Origin: Escherichia coli
Lineage (GTDB): Bacteria > Pseudomonadota > Gammaproteobacteria > Enterobacterales > Enterobacteriaceae
Strand: one strand, 5' to 3'
Length of the DNA: 64,000 nt
NCBI RefSeq assembly: GCF_036507355.1
Contig: NZ_AP027877.1
Positions 22,894-34,491 of the stretch are shown here, in pieces (the first letter of the stretch is position 1; the number at the start of each line of letters is the position of its first letter). Both the position numbers and the translations under genes were made by a program. Under the pieces are notes generated by a model, which saw nothing but the letters and a program-made list of their open reading frames with translations, was not told where the DNA came from and searched no databases.

Positions 22894-23272
22894 ATTCATT
22901 TTTTAGCTCTGTAAATAACCACATTCTCGCCGGGATTGGGGAATGAGTGACGAGATCAGTGGTGTCTGGCGGCTATCACGCCACAGAATCAAATAACAGA
23001 TAGCCTACGGTAAAATTTCGCTGACTGGAATTATCCCACCCTCGATCCATGTGATGGCTTGCCCTCATTTCTTCAGGCAGAAAAATCAAAAAATCGCTTT
23101 ATGCTATCAAACTGCGACAAACCAGACGCGAAACTGGGTACTTACTATTCGTTAGTCTTGCCCTATCCACTTATCTTTTTGGTGGTATGGCTGCTGATGT
23201 TGCTGGCGTGGTATCTTGTCGGTCTGCCGATAGGTCCGGGTATTTACCCACGTTTGTCTTAAGAGAGAACGG

Positions 23273-23788
23273 ATGCTGAGATTACTTGAAGAAAAAATTG
23301 CCACGCCACTGGGTCCACTGTGGGTGATTTGCGATGAGCAATTTCGCCTGCGGGCGGTTGAATGGGAAGAGTACAGCGAACGCATGGTGCAGCTGCTGGA
23401 CATCCATTATCGCAAAGAAGGCTATGAGCGCATTTCTGCCACCAACCCAGGTGGTTTAAGCGACAAGCTTCGTGAATATTTTGCCGGTAATCTTAGCATT
23501 ATTGATACGCTTCCCACTGCCACGGGGGGGACGCCATTTCAGCGCGAAGTCTGGAAAACACTGCGCACTATCCCCTGCGGGCAGGTAATGCATTACGGCC
23601 AACTGGCTGAACAATTGGGCCGCCCTGGCGCGGCGCGTGCCGTTGGTGCGGCAAACGGATCGAATCCCATCAGCATCGTCGTACCTTGCCATCGGGTTAT
23701 TGGCCGAAACGGCACCATGACCGGATATGCAGGCGGAGTTCAGCGAAAAGAGTGGTTATTGCGCCACGAAGGTTATCTTTTGCTGTAA
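23273..23788 (+). CDS. ogt: O6-methylguanine-DNA methyltransferase
   Basis: 171 aa with PCHRV active-site motif. Confidence 0.9.
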
Positions 23789-23982
23789 ACATTAAACAAT
23801 TTGTGCCAGCTTGTTCACACTTTTATGTAAAGTTACCCTTAACAACTTAAGGGTTTTCAAATAGATAGACATATATTTACATCTAATATCGGAATTCTCT
23901 GCTGTTAAGGTTTGCTTAGACTTACTTGCTCCCTAAAAAGATGTTAAAATTGACAAATATCAATTACGGCTTGAGCAGACCT

Positions 23983-24735
23983 ATGATCCCGGAAAAGCGA
24001 ATTATACGGCGCATTCAGTCTGGCGGTTGTGCTATCCATTGCCAGGATTGCAGCATCAGCCAGCTTTGCATCCCGTTCACACTCAACGAACATGAGCTTG
24101 ATCAGCTTGATAATATCATTGAGCGGAAGAAGCCTATTCAGAAAGGCCAGACGCTGTTTAAGGCTGGTGATGAACTTAAATCGCTTTATGCCATCCGCTC
24201 CGGTACGATTAAAAGTTATACCATCACTGAGCAAGGCGACGAGCAAATCACTGGTTTTCATTTAGCAGGTGACCTGGTGGGATTTGATGCCATCGGCAGC
24301 GGTCATCACCCGAGCTTCGCGCAGGCGCTGGAAACCTCGATGGTATGTGAAATCCCGTTCGAAACGCTGGACGATTTGTCCGGTAAAATGCCGAATCTGC
24401 GTCAGCAGATGATGCGTCTGATGAGCGGTGAAATCAAAGGCGATCAGGACATGATCCTGCTGTTGTCGAAGAAAAATGCCGAGGAACGTCTGGCTGCATT
24501 CATCTACAACCTGTCCCGTCGTTTTGCCCAACGCGGCTTCTCCCCTCGTGAATTCCGCCTGACGATGACTCGTGGCGATATCGGTAACTATCTGGGCCTG
24601 ACGGTAGAAACCATCAGCCGTCTGCTGGGTCGCTTCCAGAAAAGCGGCATGCTGGCAGTCAAAGGTAAATACATCACCATCGAAAATAACGATGCGCTGG
24701 CCCAGCTTGCTGGTCATACGCGTAACGTTGCCTGA
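23983..24735 (+). CDS. fnr: anaerobic global regulator FNR
   Basis: 250 aa [32 protein letters not shown]... with N-terminal Cys cluster and CRP-type HTH. Confidence 0.95.
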
Positions 24736-24886
24736 TTTTTCCGCATAACTCACTATCCTTCTGTCATATCATTAAATTTTTCTGATTTATTGATCTGGCA
24801 GAAGGTTCATCACTGTTTCATTCACCAGATATGGGTTAATCTTTTAATTACAAACTGCGTTGACAGTTGTTGTAAGGAGACCCTGT

Positions 24887-25837
24887 ATGGCTATGTATCA
24901 GAACATGCTCGTTGTTATCGATCCTAACCAGGACGACCAACCAGCATTGCGGCGAGCTGTTTATTTACATCAACGGATTGGTGGCAAAATTAAAGCCTTT
25001 TTGCCGATCTATGACTTCTCATACGAAATGACCACCCTGCTCTCCCCGGACGAACGTACCGCTATGCGTCAGGGCGTCATCAGCCAGCGTACAGCCTGGA
25101 TCCACGAGCAGGCAAAATATTATCTCAATGCTGGCGTTCCCATTGAAATTAAAGTGGTCTGGCATAACCGTCCTTTCGAAGCCATCATTCAGGAAGTGAT
25201 CAGCGGCGGGCACGATTTGGTGCTAAAAATGGCGCACCAACATGACCGTCTGGAAGCGGTGATTTTTACGCCAACGGACTGGCATCTGTTACGCAAATGC
25301 CCAAGCCCGGTGTGGATGGTGAAAGACCAGCCGTGGCCGGAAGGAGGTAAGGCGCTGGTGGCGGTGAATCTCGCCAGTGAAGAGCCGTATCATAATGCGC
25401 TCAATGAAAAACTGGTCAAAGAGACGATCGAACTGGCAGAACAAGTCAACCATACCGAAGTTCATCTGGTTGGCGCTTACCCAGTAACGCCAATTAATAT
25501 CGCGATTGAACTGCCGGAATTTGATCCGAGCGTTTATAACGATGCCATTCGTGGGCAACATTTGCTGGCAATGAAAGCTCTGCGGCAGAAATTCGGCATT
25601 AATGAAAACATGACGCACGTAGAAAAAGGTCTGCCAGAAGAGGTGATTCCTGATTTGGCGGAGCACTTACAGGCGGGGATTGTGGTTCTGGGTACGGTAG
25701 GACGCACCGGTATTTCAGCAGCATTCCTCGGCAACACGGCGGAACAGGTGATTGATCATCTTCGCTGCGATCTGTTGGTCATTAAACCTGACCAGTATCA
25801 GACACCCGTTGAACTGGATGACGAAGAAGACGATTAA
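24887..25837 (+). CDS. uspE: universal stress protein E (tandem Usp domains)
   Basis: 316 aa [25 protein letters not shown]... Confidence 0.9.
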   Translation: MAMYQNMLVVIDPNQDDQPALRRAVYLHQRIGGKIKAFLPIYDFSYEMTTLLSPDERTAMRQGVISQRTAWIHEQAKYYLNAGVPIEIKVVWHNRPFEAIIQEVISGGHDLVLKMAHQHDRLEAVIFTPTDWHLLRKCPSPVWMVKDQPWPEGGKALVAVNLASEEPYHNALNEKLVKETIELAEQVNHTEVHLVGAYPVTPINIAIELPEFDPSVYNDAIRGQHLLAMKALRQKFGINENMTHVEKGLPEEVIPDLAEHLQAGIVVLGTVGRTGISAAFLGNTAEQVIDHLRCDLLVIKPDQYQTPVELDDEEDD

Positions 25838-25867
25838 CGACTCTTCAATAACTGACAAGGCCCGAGT

Positions 25868-25895
25868 TATCGGGCCTATTTTTTACTTACTGCTC
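25868..25895. terminator. bidirectional rho-independent terminator between uspE and ynaJ
   Basis: stem aggcccg/cgggcct followed by tatttttt. Confidence 0.6.
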
Positions 25896-26144
25896 TTCGC
25901 CGCCAAGGAAATAAATTCCCAACGGGATTGCCAGCAACACAGTAAAGACCAGGCTATAAACAAAAATCATCGATGACTGAATCACATACATTGATGTCGT
26001 CCACTCAGACAGCGGAATATTGTACTGTTCTATAACGCCGCCGATAGTCGCGCGAGTCACAACCGACGCCGCAATAATGAAAACCGCCAACAAACCAAAG
26101 AGAAATTTCTTCCCTTTCGCTGACTTCAGTTTCGCCATAATCAT
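25887..26144 (-). CDS. ynaJ: small inner membrane protein YnaJ
   Basis: 85 aa with two predicted TM helices. Confidence 0.75.
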   Translation of the reverse strand: MIMAKLKSAKGKKFLFGLLAVFIIAASVVTRATIGGVIEQYNIPLSEWTTSMYVIQSSMIFVYSLVFTVLLAIPLGIYFLGGEEQ

Positions 26145-26387
26145 GATGTAATCCTTGTGCAGACAAATTTCTTGTTACCTAAACGTAACAATACCATGAC
26201 ATTTCACCGTTGTCTGCTCTGAAAACCTCACCTCTTAGCTGGATTTACAATCAACGCATTGATTAGTTAGCTAATGTTGCTACTTCCTTCCCTGACTATT
26301 GATGATCTGAATGAATTGTCGCGGTAAAATAGCCCCGCCAGGGGTTTCCGGCATGACGACAATTATCTGGAGGAGCCTGATAAAACA

Positions 26388-27419
26388 ATGATCGCTGAAC
26401 TGTTTACAAATAATGCGCTTAATCTGGTCATTATTTTCGGTAGCTGCGCAGCATTGATTCTGATGAGCTTTTGGTTTCGCCGCGGAAATCGTAAAAGAAA
26501 AGGTTTTTTATTCCATGCGGTGCAATTTTTAATCTACACCATAATTATCAGTGCTGTTGGTAGCATTATTAATTATGTTATAGAAAACTATAAACTCAAA
26601 TTTATCACCCCAGGCGTTATCGATTTTATCTGTACGTCCCTGATTGCGGTTATTCTGACGATTAAGCTATTTTTGCTGATTAATCAGTTTGAAAAACAGC
26701 AGATTAAAAAAGGTCGCGATATCACCAGTGCGCGGATTATGTCGCGCATTATCAAAATCACCATTATTGTGGTGCTTGTTCTGCTTTATGGCGAACATTT
26801 TGGCATGAGCCTTTCTGGCTTGCTGACCTTTGGTGGTATTGGTGGTCTGGCTGTCGGTATGGCCGGTAAAGATATTCTGAGTAATTTCTTTTCCGGGATC
26901 ATGCTCTATTTCGACCGTCCTTTCAGTATTGGCGACTGGATCCGTTCACCGGACAGAAATATCGAAGGTACAGTAGCGGAAATTGGCTGGCGAATTACCA
27001 AAATTACGACCTTTGATAATCGTCCATTGTACGTACCGAACTCGCTGTTTTCGTCGATCAGCGTAGAAAACCCAGGACGAATGACCAACCGCCGCATTAC
27101 CACGACCATTGGTTTACGTTATGAGGATGCGGCAAAAGTGGGCGTTATTGTCGAAGCCGTACGTGAGATGCTGAAAAATCACCCGGCCATCGACCAGCGA
27201 CAAACCTTACTGGTTTATTTCAACCAGTTTGCTGACTCGTCATTGAATATTATGGTTTATTGCTTTACCAAAACCACGGTATGGGCTGAGTGGCTTGCTG
27301 CACAGCAAGACGTTTATTTGAAGATTATCGATATTGTACAGTCACACGGCGCGGACTTTGCCTTCCCCAGCCAGACGCTGTATATGGATAACATTACACC
27401 GCCGGAACAGGGTCGCTAA
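26388..27419 (+). CDS. ynaI: MscS-family mechanosensitive channel YnaI
   Basis: 343 aa, N-terminal TM helices plus MscS beta domain. Confidence 0.85.
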
Positions 27420-27430
27420 ATCAGACATCA

Positions 27431-27458
27431 CTGGCGTTATCCACAAGGGTAACGCCAG
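27431..27458. terminator. hairpin between convergent ynaI and mppA
   Basis: ctggcgtta/taacgccag stem; weak T-tract. Confidence 0.4.
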
Positions 27459-27469
27459 TTCCCATCACA

Positions 27470-29083
27470 TCAATGCTTCACAATATACATAGTCCGACTG
27501 TACGCCACATCTTCAGGGTTATTAATGGGATAACCTTTCAGCCACGGTTTGATTAATCGTCCATTGGTATATTGATAAATTGGTGCAATCGGTGCTTGCT
27601 CCATGAGGATTTTTTCTGCCGCGTTGTAATCGGCATTACGCGCTTTAACGGTATTTTCCGTCGATGCCTGGGCCAGAACTTTGTCGTATGCCGGATTGTT
27701 AAAGCGTGAAATATTTCCTGAATGCGTTGACGTTAATAATGTCAGGAAAGTGGAGGGTTCATTATAATCCCCCACCCATGAGGCGCGGATAACATCAAAA
27801 TTGCCGGTGTTACGGCTATCGATATAGGTTTTCCATTCCTGATTTTGCAATTTAACATCTACGCCAAGGTTCTTTTTCCACATCGATGCTACAGCAATCG
27901 CAATTTTTTGATGGTTTTCTGAAGTGTTATACAAAAGCGTCAGCTTCAGCGGTTTTTGCGGACCATAACCAGCTGCGCTCAACAAAGTTTTTGCCTGCGC
28001 ATTCAGTTCTTCCTGACTCATTTGTTCAAACGGCGAAGGTTCCGGCGTAAATCCGGCGGTAACATCTGGTGTAAAATGCCACGCTGGCTTTTCGCCCGTC
28101 CCTAATACTTTTTCGGTCATCAGGCGGCGATCTATCGTCATACTTAATGCCAGACGAACGCGCTGATCTGCCGTCGGCCCTTTTTGCGTGTTAAACGCAT
28201 AATAATAGGTCCCGAGCTGCGGCGGCGTATAAACCTGCCCCGGAATATCCTTCAACAGCTTCTGATACATATTTTTCGGGAAGGATTCGGTGATATCAAT
28301 ATCCCCCGCGAGGTAACGCTTAGTGGCTGCGGATTCCTGATTAATTGGCAGGAAGGTCACTTTTTGCAGTACCGTTTTGGCGTTATCCCAATAATGGGTA
28401 TTCGGTACCACGACCAGTTTTTCATTGACTACGCGCTCTTTAAGAACATAAGCGCCATTGCCGATCAGATTTCCGGGTTTCGTCCACTCTTTACCGCTTT
28501 CTACGTTGGCTTTTTGCACCGGGAAGAAGGCAAAGTTAGCGGTTAAATTCACAAACCACGGCAACGGTTTATCAAGCTGAATTTTCAAAGTATGGGCATC
28601 AACTGCGGTGACGCCAAGCTGGTCAGGCGTAGCTTTACCATCAATAATCGCCTGTGCGTTGTTGATTCCCGCCAGCGCGGCAAACCATGCAAATGGCGAT
28701 AGCGTTTTCGGGTCCACCAGACGCTGCCAGCTGTAGACAAAATCTTGCGCCGTTACCGGTGTGCCATCCGCCCATTTTGCGTTATCGCGCAGGGTAAAAG
28801 TCCAGATACGGTTGTCATTACTTTTCCACTGAGTCGCAACGCCGGGGACAATCTCCCCTTTCTCGTTCTGATTCACCAGTCCTTCAAACAGATCGCGAAT
28901 GACCTGAATCTCTGGCAGGCCCACGGCTTTAGCGGGATCCAGCGACGCAGGCTCATCTTTAATGTGGCGCACCAGCTCCTGCTTCTCTGCCAGTACTGTG
29001 CCGCTCGGAACTTCTGCAGCATACGAAAGAGAAATGCTGCTGACCAACAGCGCACAACACGTGACTGAAACAGAGTGCTTCAT
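27470..29083 (-). CDS. mppA: periplasmic murein tripeptide-binding protein MppA
   Basis: 537 aa with signal peptide; OppA-like family 5 substrate-binding protein; tracked ORF extends to 29104. Confidence 0.9.
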   Translation of the reverse strand: MKHSVSVTCCALLVSSISLSYAAEVPSGTVLAEKQELVRHIKDEPASLDPAKAVGLPEIQVIRDLFEGLVNQNEKGEIVPGVATQWKSNDNRIWTFTLRDNAKWADGTPVTAQDFVYSWQRLVDPKTLSPFAWFAALAGINNAQAIIDGKATPDQLGVTAVDAHTLKIQLDKPLPWFVNLTANFAFFPVQKANVESGKEWTKPGNLIGNGAYVLKERVVNEKLVVVPNTHYWDNAKTVLQKVTFLPINQESAATKRYLAGDIDITESFPKNMYQKLLKDIPGQVYTPPQLGTYYYAFNTQKGPTADQRVRLALSMTIDRRLMTEKVLGTGEKPAWHFTPDVTAGFTPEPSPFEQMSQEELNAQAKTLLSAAGYGPQKPLKLTLLYNTSENHQKIAIAVASMWKKNLGVDVKLQNQEWKTYIDSRNTGNFDVIRASWVGDYNEPSTFLTLLTSTHSGNISRFNNPAYDKVLAQASTENTVKARNADYNAAEKILMEQAPIAPIYQYTNGRLIKPWLKGYPINNPEDVAYSRTMYIVKH

Positions 29084-29419
29084 AAGTTTCCCTCTAACCG
29101 ACATTAAAATTGATGCGTAATTATTTGTTTCGCCTTAAAGAAATGCAAACAACTTCCATCAAAAAAGTGACACAGGAAGCATAAAATGTTTTATGTATCA
29201 ATATATTAAATCAGATTTAGTGTAAATAATAGACGCCAAAATGCGGCAAAGCACATAGAACACCGAACACTACGTTCGGGCTTCGCACGTTCAAACCAGT
29301 TTTCGGTATCATAATCAGCATCTGTCGCCATTGTACGAAGAATAAAAAATAACCAAAACGTTGAAAGGAACTGAGAATACGTTAAGAGAAGAATTAAATT
29401 AATGTATCAGCAAGTAGTG

Positions 29420-30319
29420 CTAAACAGCACCTTTATACTTCAGCCTATCTATAAATAATGAGAATGCCGAGCCAGCATGTCGACGGTGTGGATAGTACAG
29501 GTGATAACCGGGTAAATCTGGTGTGAATTTATCCAAAACACGTATCAGTTTTTTTTCTTTAATAGCCCGCTCAACCTGATCATAAGGTAGATACGCCAAT
29601 CCATGCCCATCAATTGCAGCATCAATGATCAGGTCTATCGTATTCAGTAAAAGCTGACCTTCCATGCGAACACGAACTTCACGTCCACCGCGTATTAATC
29701 TCCAGCGATTTGCTGTACCCGATGTGGGAAGATACAAATTAACTGCCTGATGATCTATTAATTGTGACACTGACGTTGGAACACTTCGGCGGGAAAAATA
29801 ATCCGGTGAGCCGACAATAGCCATTGGTATATCTGGCCCGATTCGAATGGCGATCATATCTTTATCCATCTCCCCACCCAGACGGACGCCTGCATCAAAA
29901 CGCTCAGAAACGACATCAGTCAAACCATAATCAATGATAAGCTGAATATCAATTTCAGGGTGTGATTTCAGGAATGTGCGCATGGCTGGTAACAATATCG
30001 TTTTTGCTGCATGTTCTACAGTAGTAATACGTATTGTCCCGGATGGGCGGTTCTGCAGATCGCTCAGGGATGCCAGGGCAGAATCTATGTCATGCAGCAT
30101 AGGGCCAAGAACAGACAAAAGATGCTCGCCCGCTTCAGTGGGTACAACACTGCGCGTGGTTCGCGTCAGAAGCCGCAATCCCAATCGTTCTTCTATACGG
30201 CGCACTATCTGGCTTAAAGCTGACTGCGCCATGCTCAGGCGGGCTGCTGCTCGAGTGAAGCTACGCTCCTCTGCAACGACGACAAACGCCATCAGATCAG
30301 CGATCTCTTCACGCTTCAT
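29420..30319 (-). CDS. pgrR: LysR-family regulator PgrR (YcjZ)
   Basis: 299 aa with N-terminal LysR HTH (FVVVAEERSFTRAAARLSMAQSALSQ). Confidence 0.75.
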   Translation of the reverse strand: MKREEIADLMAFVVVAEERSFTRAAARLSMAQSALSQIVRRIEERLGLRLLTRTTRSVVPTEAGEHLLSVLGPMLHDIDSALASLSDLQNRPSGTIRITTVEHAAKTILLPAMRTFLKSHPEIDIQLIIDYGLTDVVSERFDAGVRLGGEMDKDMIAIRIGPDIPMAIVGSPDYFSRRSVPTSVSQLIDHQAVNLYLPTSGTANRWRLIRGGREVRVRMEGQLLLNTIDLIIDAAIDGHGLAYLPYDQVERAIKEKKLIRVLDKFTPDLPGYHLYYPHRRHAGSAFSLFIDRLKYKGAV

Positions 30320-30481
30320 TCAGTATCTCCATACAATCTATTAATCATTTAAATGATAGGTCTAATCATGATTTTGGGTCTAATCAACTTAATGATCAAT
30401 ATCTATAGTGATATCACCAACCGTTGAATCGCCACGGGTTTAACAGACACCTCAGAGTCATTTAAGATGGCTTAAAGAGAG

Positions 30482-30766
30482 GTGCCCATGAGCGGTAAGC
30501 GTTATCCCGAAGAGTTTAAAATTGAAGCAGTCAAACAGGTTGTTGATCGCGGTTATTCTGTTGCCAGCGTTGCAACACGTCTCGATATCACCACCCACAG
30601 CCTTTACGCCTGGATAAAGAAGTACGGTCCGGATTCTTCCGCTAATAAAGAACAGTCAGATGCTCAGGCCGAGATCCGCCGTCTCCAGAAAGAGCTGAAG
30701 CGGGTTACCGACGAACGGGACATATTAAAAAAAGCCGCGGCGTACTTCGCAAAGCTGTCCGACTGA
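30482..30766 (+). CDS. IS3-family transposase OrfA (HTH)
   Basis: 94 aa MPMSGKRYPEEFKIEAVKQVVDRGYSVASVATRL... with leucine-zipper-like C-terminus. Confidence 0.85.
   Translation: MPMSGKRYPEEFKIEAVKQVVDRGYSVASVATRLDITTHSLYAWIKKYGPDSSANKEQSDAQAEIRRLQKELKRVTDERDILKKAAAYFAKLSD
30727..30734 (+). promoter_or_regulatory. putative -1 programmed ribosomal frameshift site (A-run followed by G)
   Basis: ttaaaaaaagcc near the end of orfA, typical position of the IS3-family orfAB slippery site. Confidence 0.5.
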
Positions 30767-30822
30767 GGTACGCCTTTATCCGTGACAACACCTGTTGCTG
30801 GCCTGTTCGCCTGCTCTGTCGG

Positions 30823-31635
30823 GTGCTGGATGTTCATCCCAGTGGTTTTTACGCCTGGCTTCAGCAGCCGCATTCACAACGCCATCAGGCAGACCTGAGG
30901 CTGACAGGGCAGATTAAACAGTTCTGGCTGGAATCGGGATGCGTCTATGGTTATCGCAAAATCCATCTGGATCTGCGGGACAGCGGGCAACAGTGCGGAG
31001 TGAACAGAGTCTGGCGACTGATGAAACGTGTCGGGATAAAGGCTCAGGTCGGATACCGGAGCCCGCGGGCACGTAAAGGCGAGGCCAGTATCGTGTCGCC
31101 CAACAGGCTCCAGCGACAGTTCAATCCGGATGCTCCGGATAAGCGTTGGGTAACGGACATAACCTACATCAGGACCCACGAAGGCTGGCTGTATCTTGCC
31201 GTGGTTGTTGATCTGTTCTCACGCAAAATTATCGGCTGGTCCATGCAATCCCGGATGACAAAGGACATTGTCCTGAACGCACTGCTGATGGCTGTATGGC
31301 GCCGTAATCCCCAAAAACAGGTGCTGGTTCATTCGGATCAGGGCAGTCAGTACACAAGCCATGAGTGGCAGTCGTTCCTGAAATCACACGGCCTGGATGG
31401 CAGCATGAGCCGTCGCGGTAACTGCCATGATAATGCGGTTGCAGAAAGCTTTTTCCAGTTGTTGAAACGCGAACGGATAAAGAAAAAGATCTACGGAACG
31501 CGGGAAGAAGCCCGCAGCGATATTTTTGATTACATCGAAATGTTTTATAACAGTAAGCGTCGGCATGGTTCCAGCGATCAGATGTCACCGACAGAATATG
31601 AAAACCAGTATTATCAACGGCTCGGAAGTGTCTAG
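30823..31635 (+). CDS. IS3-family transposase OrfB (DDE integrase)
   Basis: 270 aa with DDE residues in WVTDITY...HSDQGSQYTS...CHDNAVAESFF context. Confidence 0.85.
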   Translation: MLDVHPSGFYAWLQQPHSQRHQADLRLTGQIKQFWLESGCVYGYRKIHLDLRDSGQQCGVNRVWRLMKRVGIKAQVGYRSPRARKGEASIVSPNRLQRQFNPDAPDKRWVTDITYIRTHEGWLYLAVVVDLFSRKIIGWSMQSRMTKDIVLNALLMAVWRRNPQKQVLVHSDQGSQYTSHEWQSFLKSHGLDGSMSRRGNCHDNAVAESFFQLLKRERIKKKIYGTREEARSDIFDYIEMFYNSKRRHGSSDQMSPTEYENQYYQRLGSV

Positions 31636-31653
31636 ATTATCCGTGGCGATTCA

Positions 31654-31864
31654 TACAATTCTTCGCCCTGCCTGGCTGACGGATGAAGATATTATTGATT
31701 ATGAGCTTACCTCACGCAATGAACCATTCAAAGGTACGATCGTATCACGTAAGAGTGTCGCAGCATTAATTACAGATATCATCGATAAACCTGAGAAACA
31801 CATTGGTGAGAATATAGGCATCAATCAACCCGGGACTGATGGCGATAAGCCATTCTTCATGTAA
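31654..31864 (+). pseudogene. ycjY: C-terminal remnant of an upstream gene truncated by the IS (ycjY-like)
   Basis: open frame continuing from the IS end to a stop at 31864 (…KPFFM); only ~100 bp lies between pgrR and the IS, so the 5' part is missing. Confidence 0.4.
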
Positions 31865-32154
31865 ATCAATTATATAGCCACCATCGTACTGTACTATGTG
31901 CAGTACGATTTATTAAACTTATTAAGGTGAACTGATCAATCAGATGCGATTAACATGTGTAGAACCAGTAAGAATAAAATACGCCATGTATATAACATTA
32001 CGACAATTCTAATATCTGCACATCAATGAAAATACAAACAACTTCCGGCAAAAAGGTGATACAAGATCGATGACATAGCGTTGAAGAAAAGGATTTGATA
32101 ATCCGCAAAATTTGCACAACACTGCCTGTAATACTTCCTGAACCAGAGACGATC

Positions 32155-32857
32155 ATGACCGTAACCCGCCCACGCGCCGAACGCGGCGCATTTCCGCCCG
32201 GAACAGAACATTACGGACGTTCATTATTGGGCGCGCCGTTAATCTGGTTTCCGGCCCCTGCAGCCAGTCGCGAAAGTGGTTTGATTCTGGCTGGCACTCA
32301 CGGTGATGAAAACTCTTCGGTCGTCACGCTCTCCTGTGCTCTGCGGACTTTGACACCTTCTTTGCGCCGCCATCATGTGGTGCTGTGTGTGAATCCTGAC
32401 GGCTGCTAGCTGGGGTTACGGGCCAATGCTAATGGTGTGGATTTAAACAGAAACTTTCCGGCGGCGAACTGGAAGGAAGGTGAAACGGTTTATCGCTGGA
32501 ACAGCGCCGCTGAAGAACGTGATGTCGTTTTACTGACAGGTGGCAAACCTGGCTCCGAACCTGAAACCCAGGCGCTGTGCCAGCTTATACACCGCATTCA
32601 ACCTGCCTGGGTGGTCTCATTCCACGATCCACTGGCCTGTATTGAAGATCCCAGACACAGCGAATTAGGCGAATGGCTGGCTCAGGCGTTTGAATTGCCT
32701 CTGGTAACCAGCGTCGGTTATGAAACGCCTGGCTCTTTCGGCAGTTGGTGTGCAGATCTGAACTTGCATTGCATCACCGCAGAGTTTCCGCCCATCTCCT
32801 CCGACGAAGCCAGCGAAAAATATCTCTTTGCGATGGCAAACTTGCTGCGCTGGCATC

Positions 32858-32883
<26 letters not shown>
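32155..32883 (+). pseudogene. mpaA: murein peptide amidase MpaA with in-frame amber codon
   Basis: zinc carboxypeptidase-like frame MTVTRPRAERGAFPPG... interrupted by TAG at 32407-32409 (…VNPDGC-stop-LGLRANANGVDLNRNFP) then continuing in frame. Confidence 0.75.
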
Positions 32884-33833
<950 letters not shown>

Positions 33834-33941
33834 TGTTGTCGCGGTGGTCTGCGGATTAAGCGCAAATAGCGTTTGCTGTGTTATTGACAGTTAGCATAAA
33901 CTAGGTGTGACGTTAACTATATGTAAACAGGAAAGATAATC

Positions 33942-34448
33942 ATGTCACAAACCGTTCATTTCCAGGGCAACCCGGTTACAGTCGCCAACTCCATCCCGCA
34001 GGCGGGTAGCAAAGCGCAGACTTTTACTCTCGTGGCAAAAGATCTGTCTGACGTCACCCTCGGTCAGTTTGCGGGTAAACGCAAAGTGCTGAACATTTTC
34101 CCGAGTATTGATACCGGTGTTTGCGCCGCATCAGTACGTAAGTTTAACCAACTGGCAACCGAGATCGACAACACCGTTGTGCTGTGTATTTCTGCCGATC
34201 TGCCGTTCGCCCAGTCTCGTTTCTGCGGCGCAGAAGGTCTGAACAACGTTATCACCCTCTCCACTTTCCGTAACGCTGAATTCCTGCAAGCCTACGGTGT
34301 GGCAATTGCTGATGGCCCACTGAAAGGTCTGGCAGCGCGTGCCGTTGTGGTTATTGATGAAAATGACAATGTGATTTTCAGTCAGCTGGTGGATGAAATC
34401 ACCACCGAGCCGGATTACGAAGCAGCTCTGGCTGTACTGAAAGCATAA
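33942..34448 (+). CDS. tpx: thiol peroxidase Tpx
   Basis: 168 aa atypical 2-Cys peroxiredoxin (PSIDTGVCA). Confidence 0.9.
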   Translation: MSQTVHFQGNPVTVANSIPQAGSKAQTFTLVAKDLSDVTLGQFAGKRKVLNIFPSIDTGVCAASVRKFNQLATEIDNTVVLCISADLPFAQSRFCGAEGLNNVITLSTFRNAEFLQAYGVAIADGPLKGLAARAVVVIDENDNVIFSQLVDEITTEPDYEAALAVLKA

Positions 34449-34453
34449 GTTAA

Positions 34454-34485
34454 TATGCCTGATGGTGTTGCACCATCAGGCATAT
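34454..34485. terminator. bidirectional hairpin between tpx and tyrR
   Basis: atatgcctgatggtg / caccatcaggcatat perfect inverted repeat. Confidence 0.6.
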
Positions 34486-34491
34486 TCGCGC

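Larger units (their letters stand above)
30425..31653 (+). mobile_element. IS3-family insertion sequence (orfA/orfB; exact IS name not determined)
   Basis: inverted terminal sequences tgaatcgccacgg (30425-30437) and ccgtggcgattca (31641-31653); two transposase ORFs. Confidence 0.8.
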
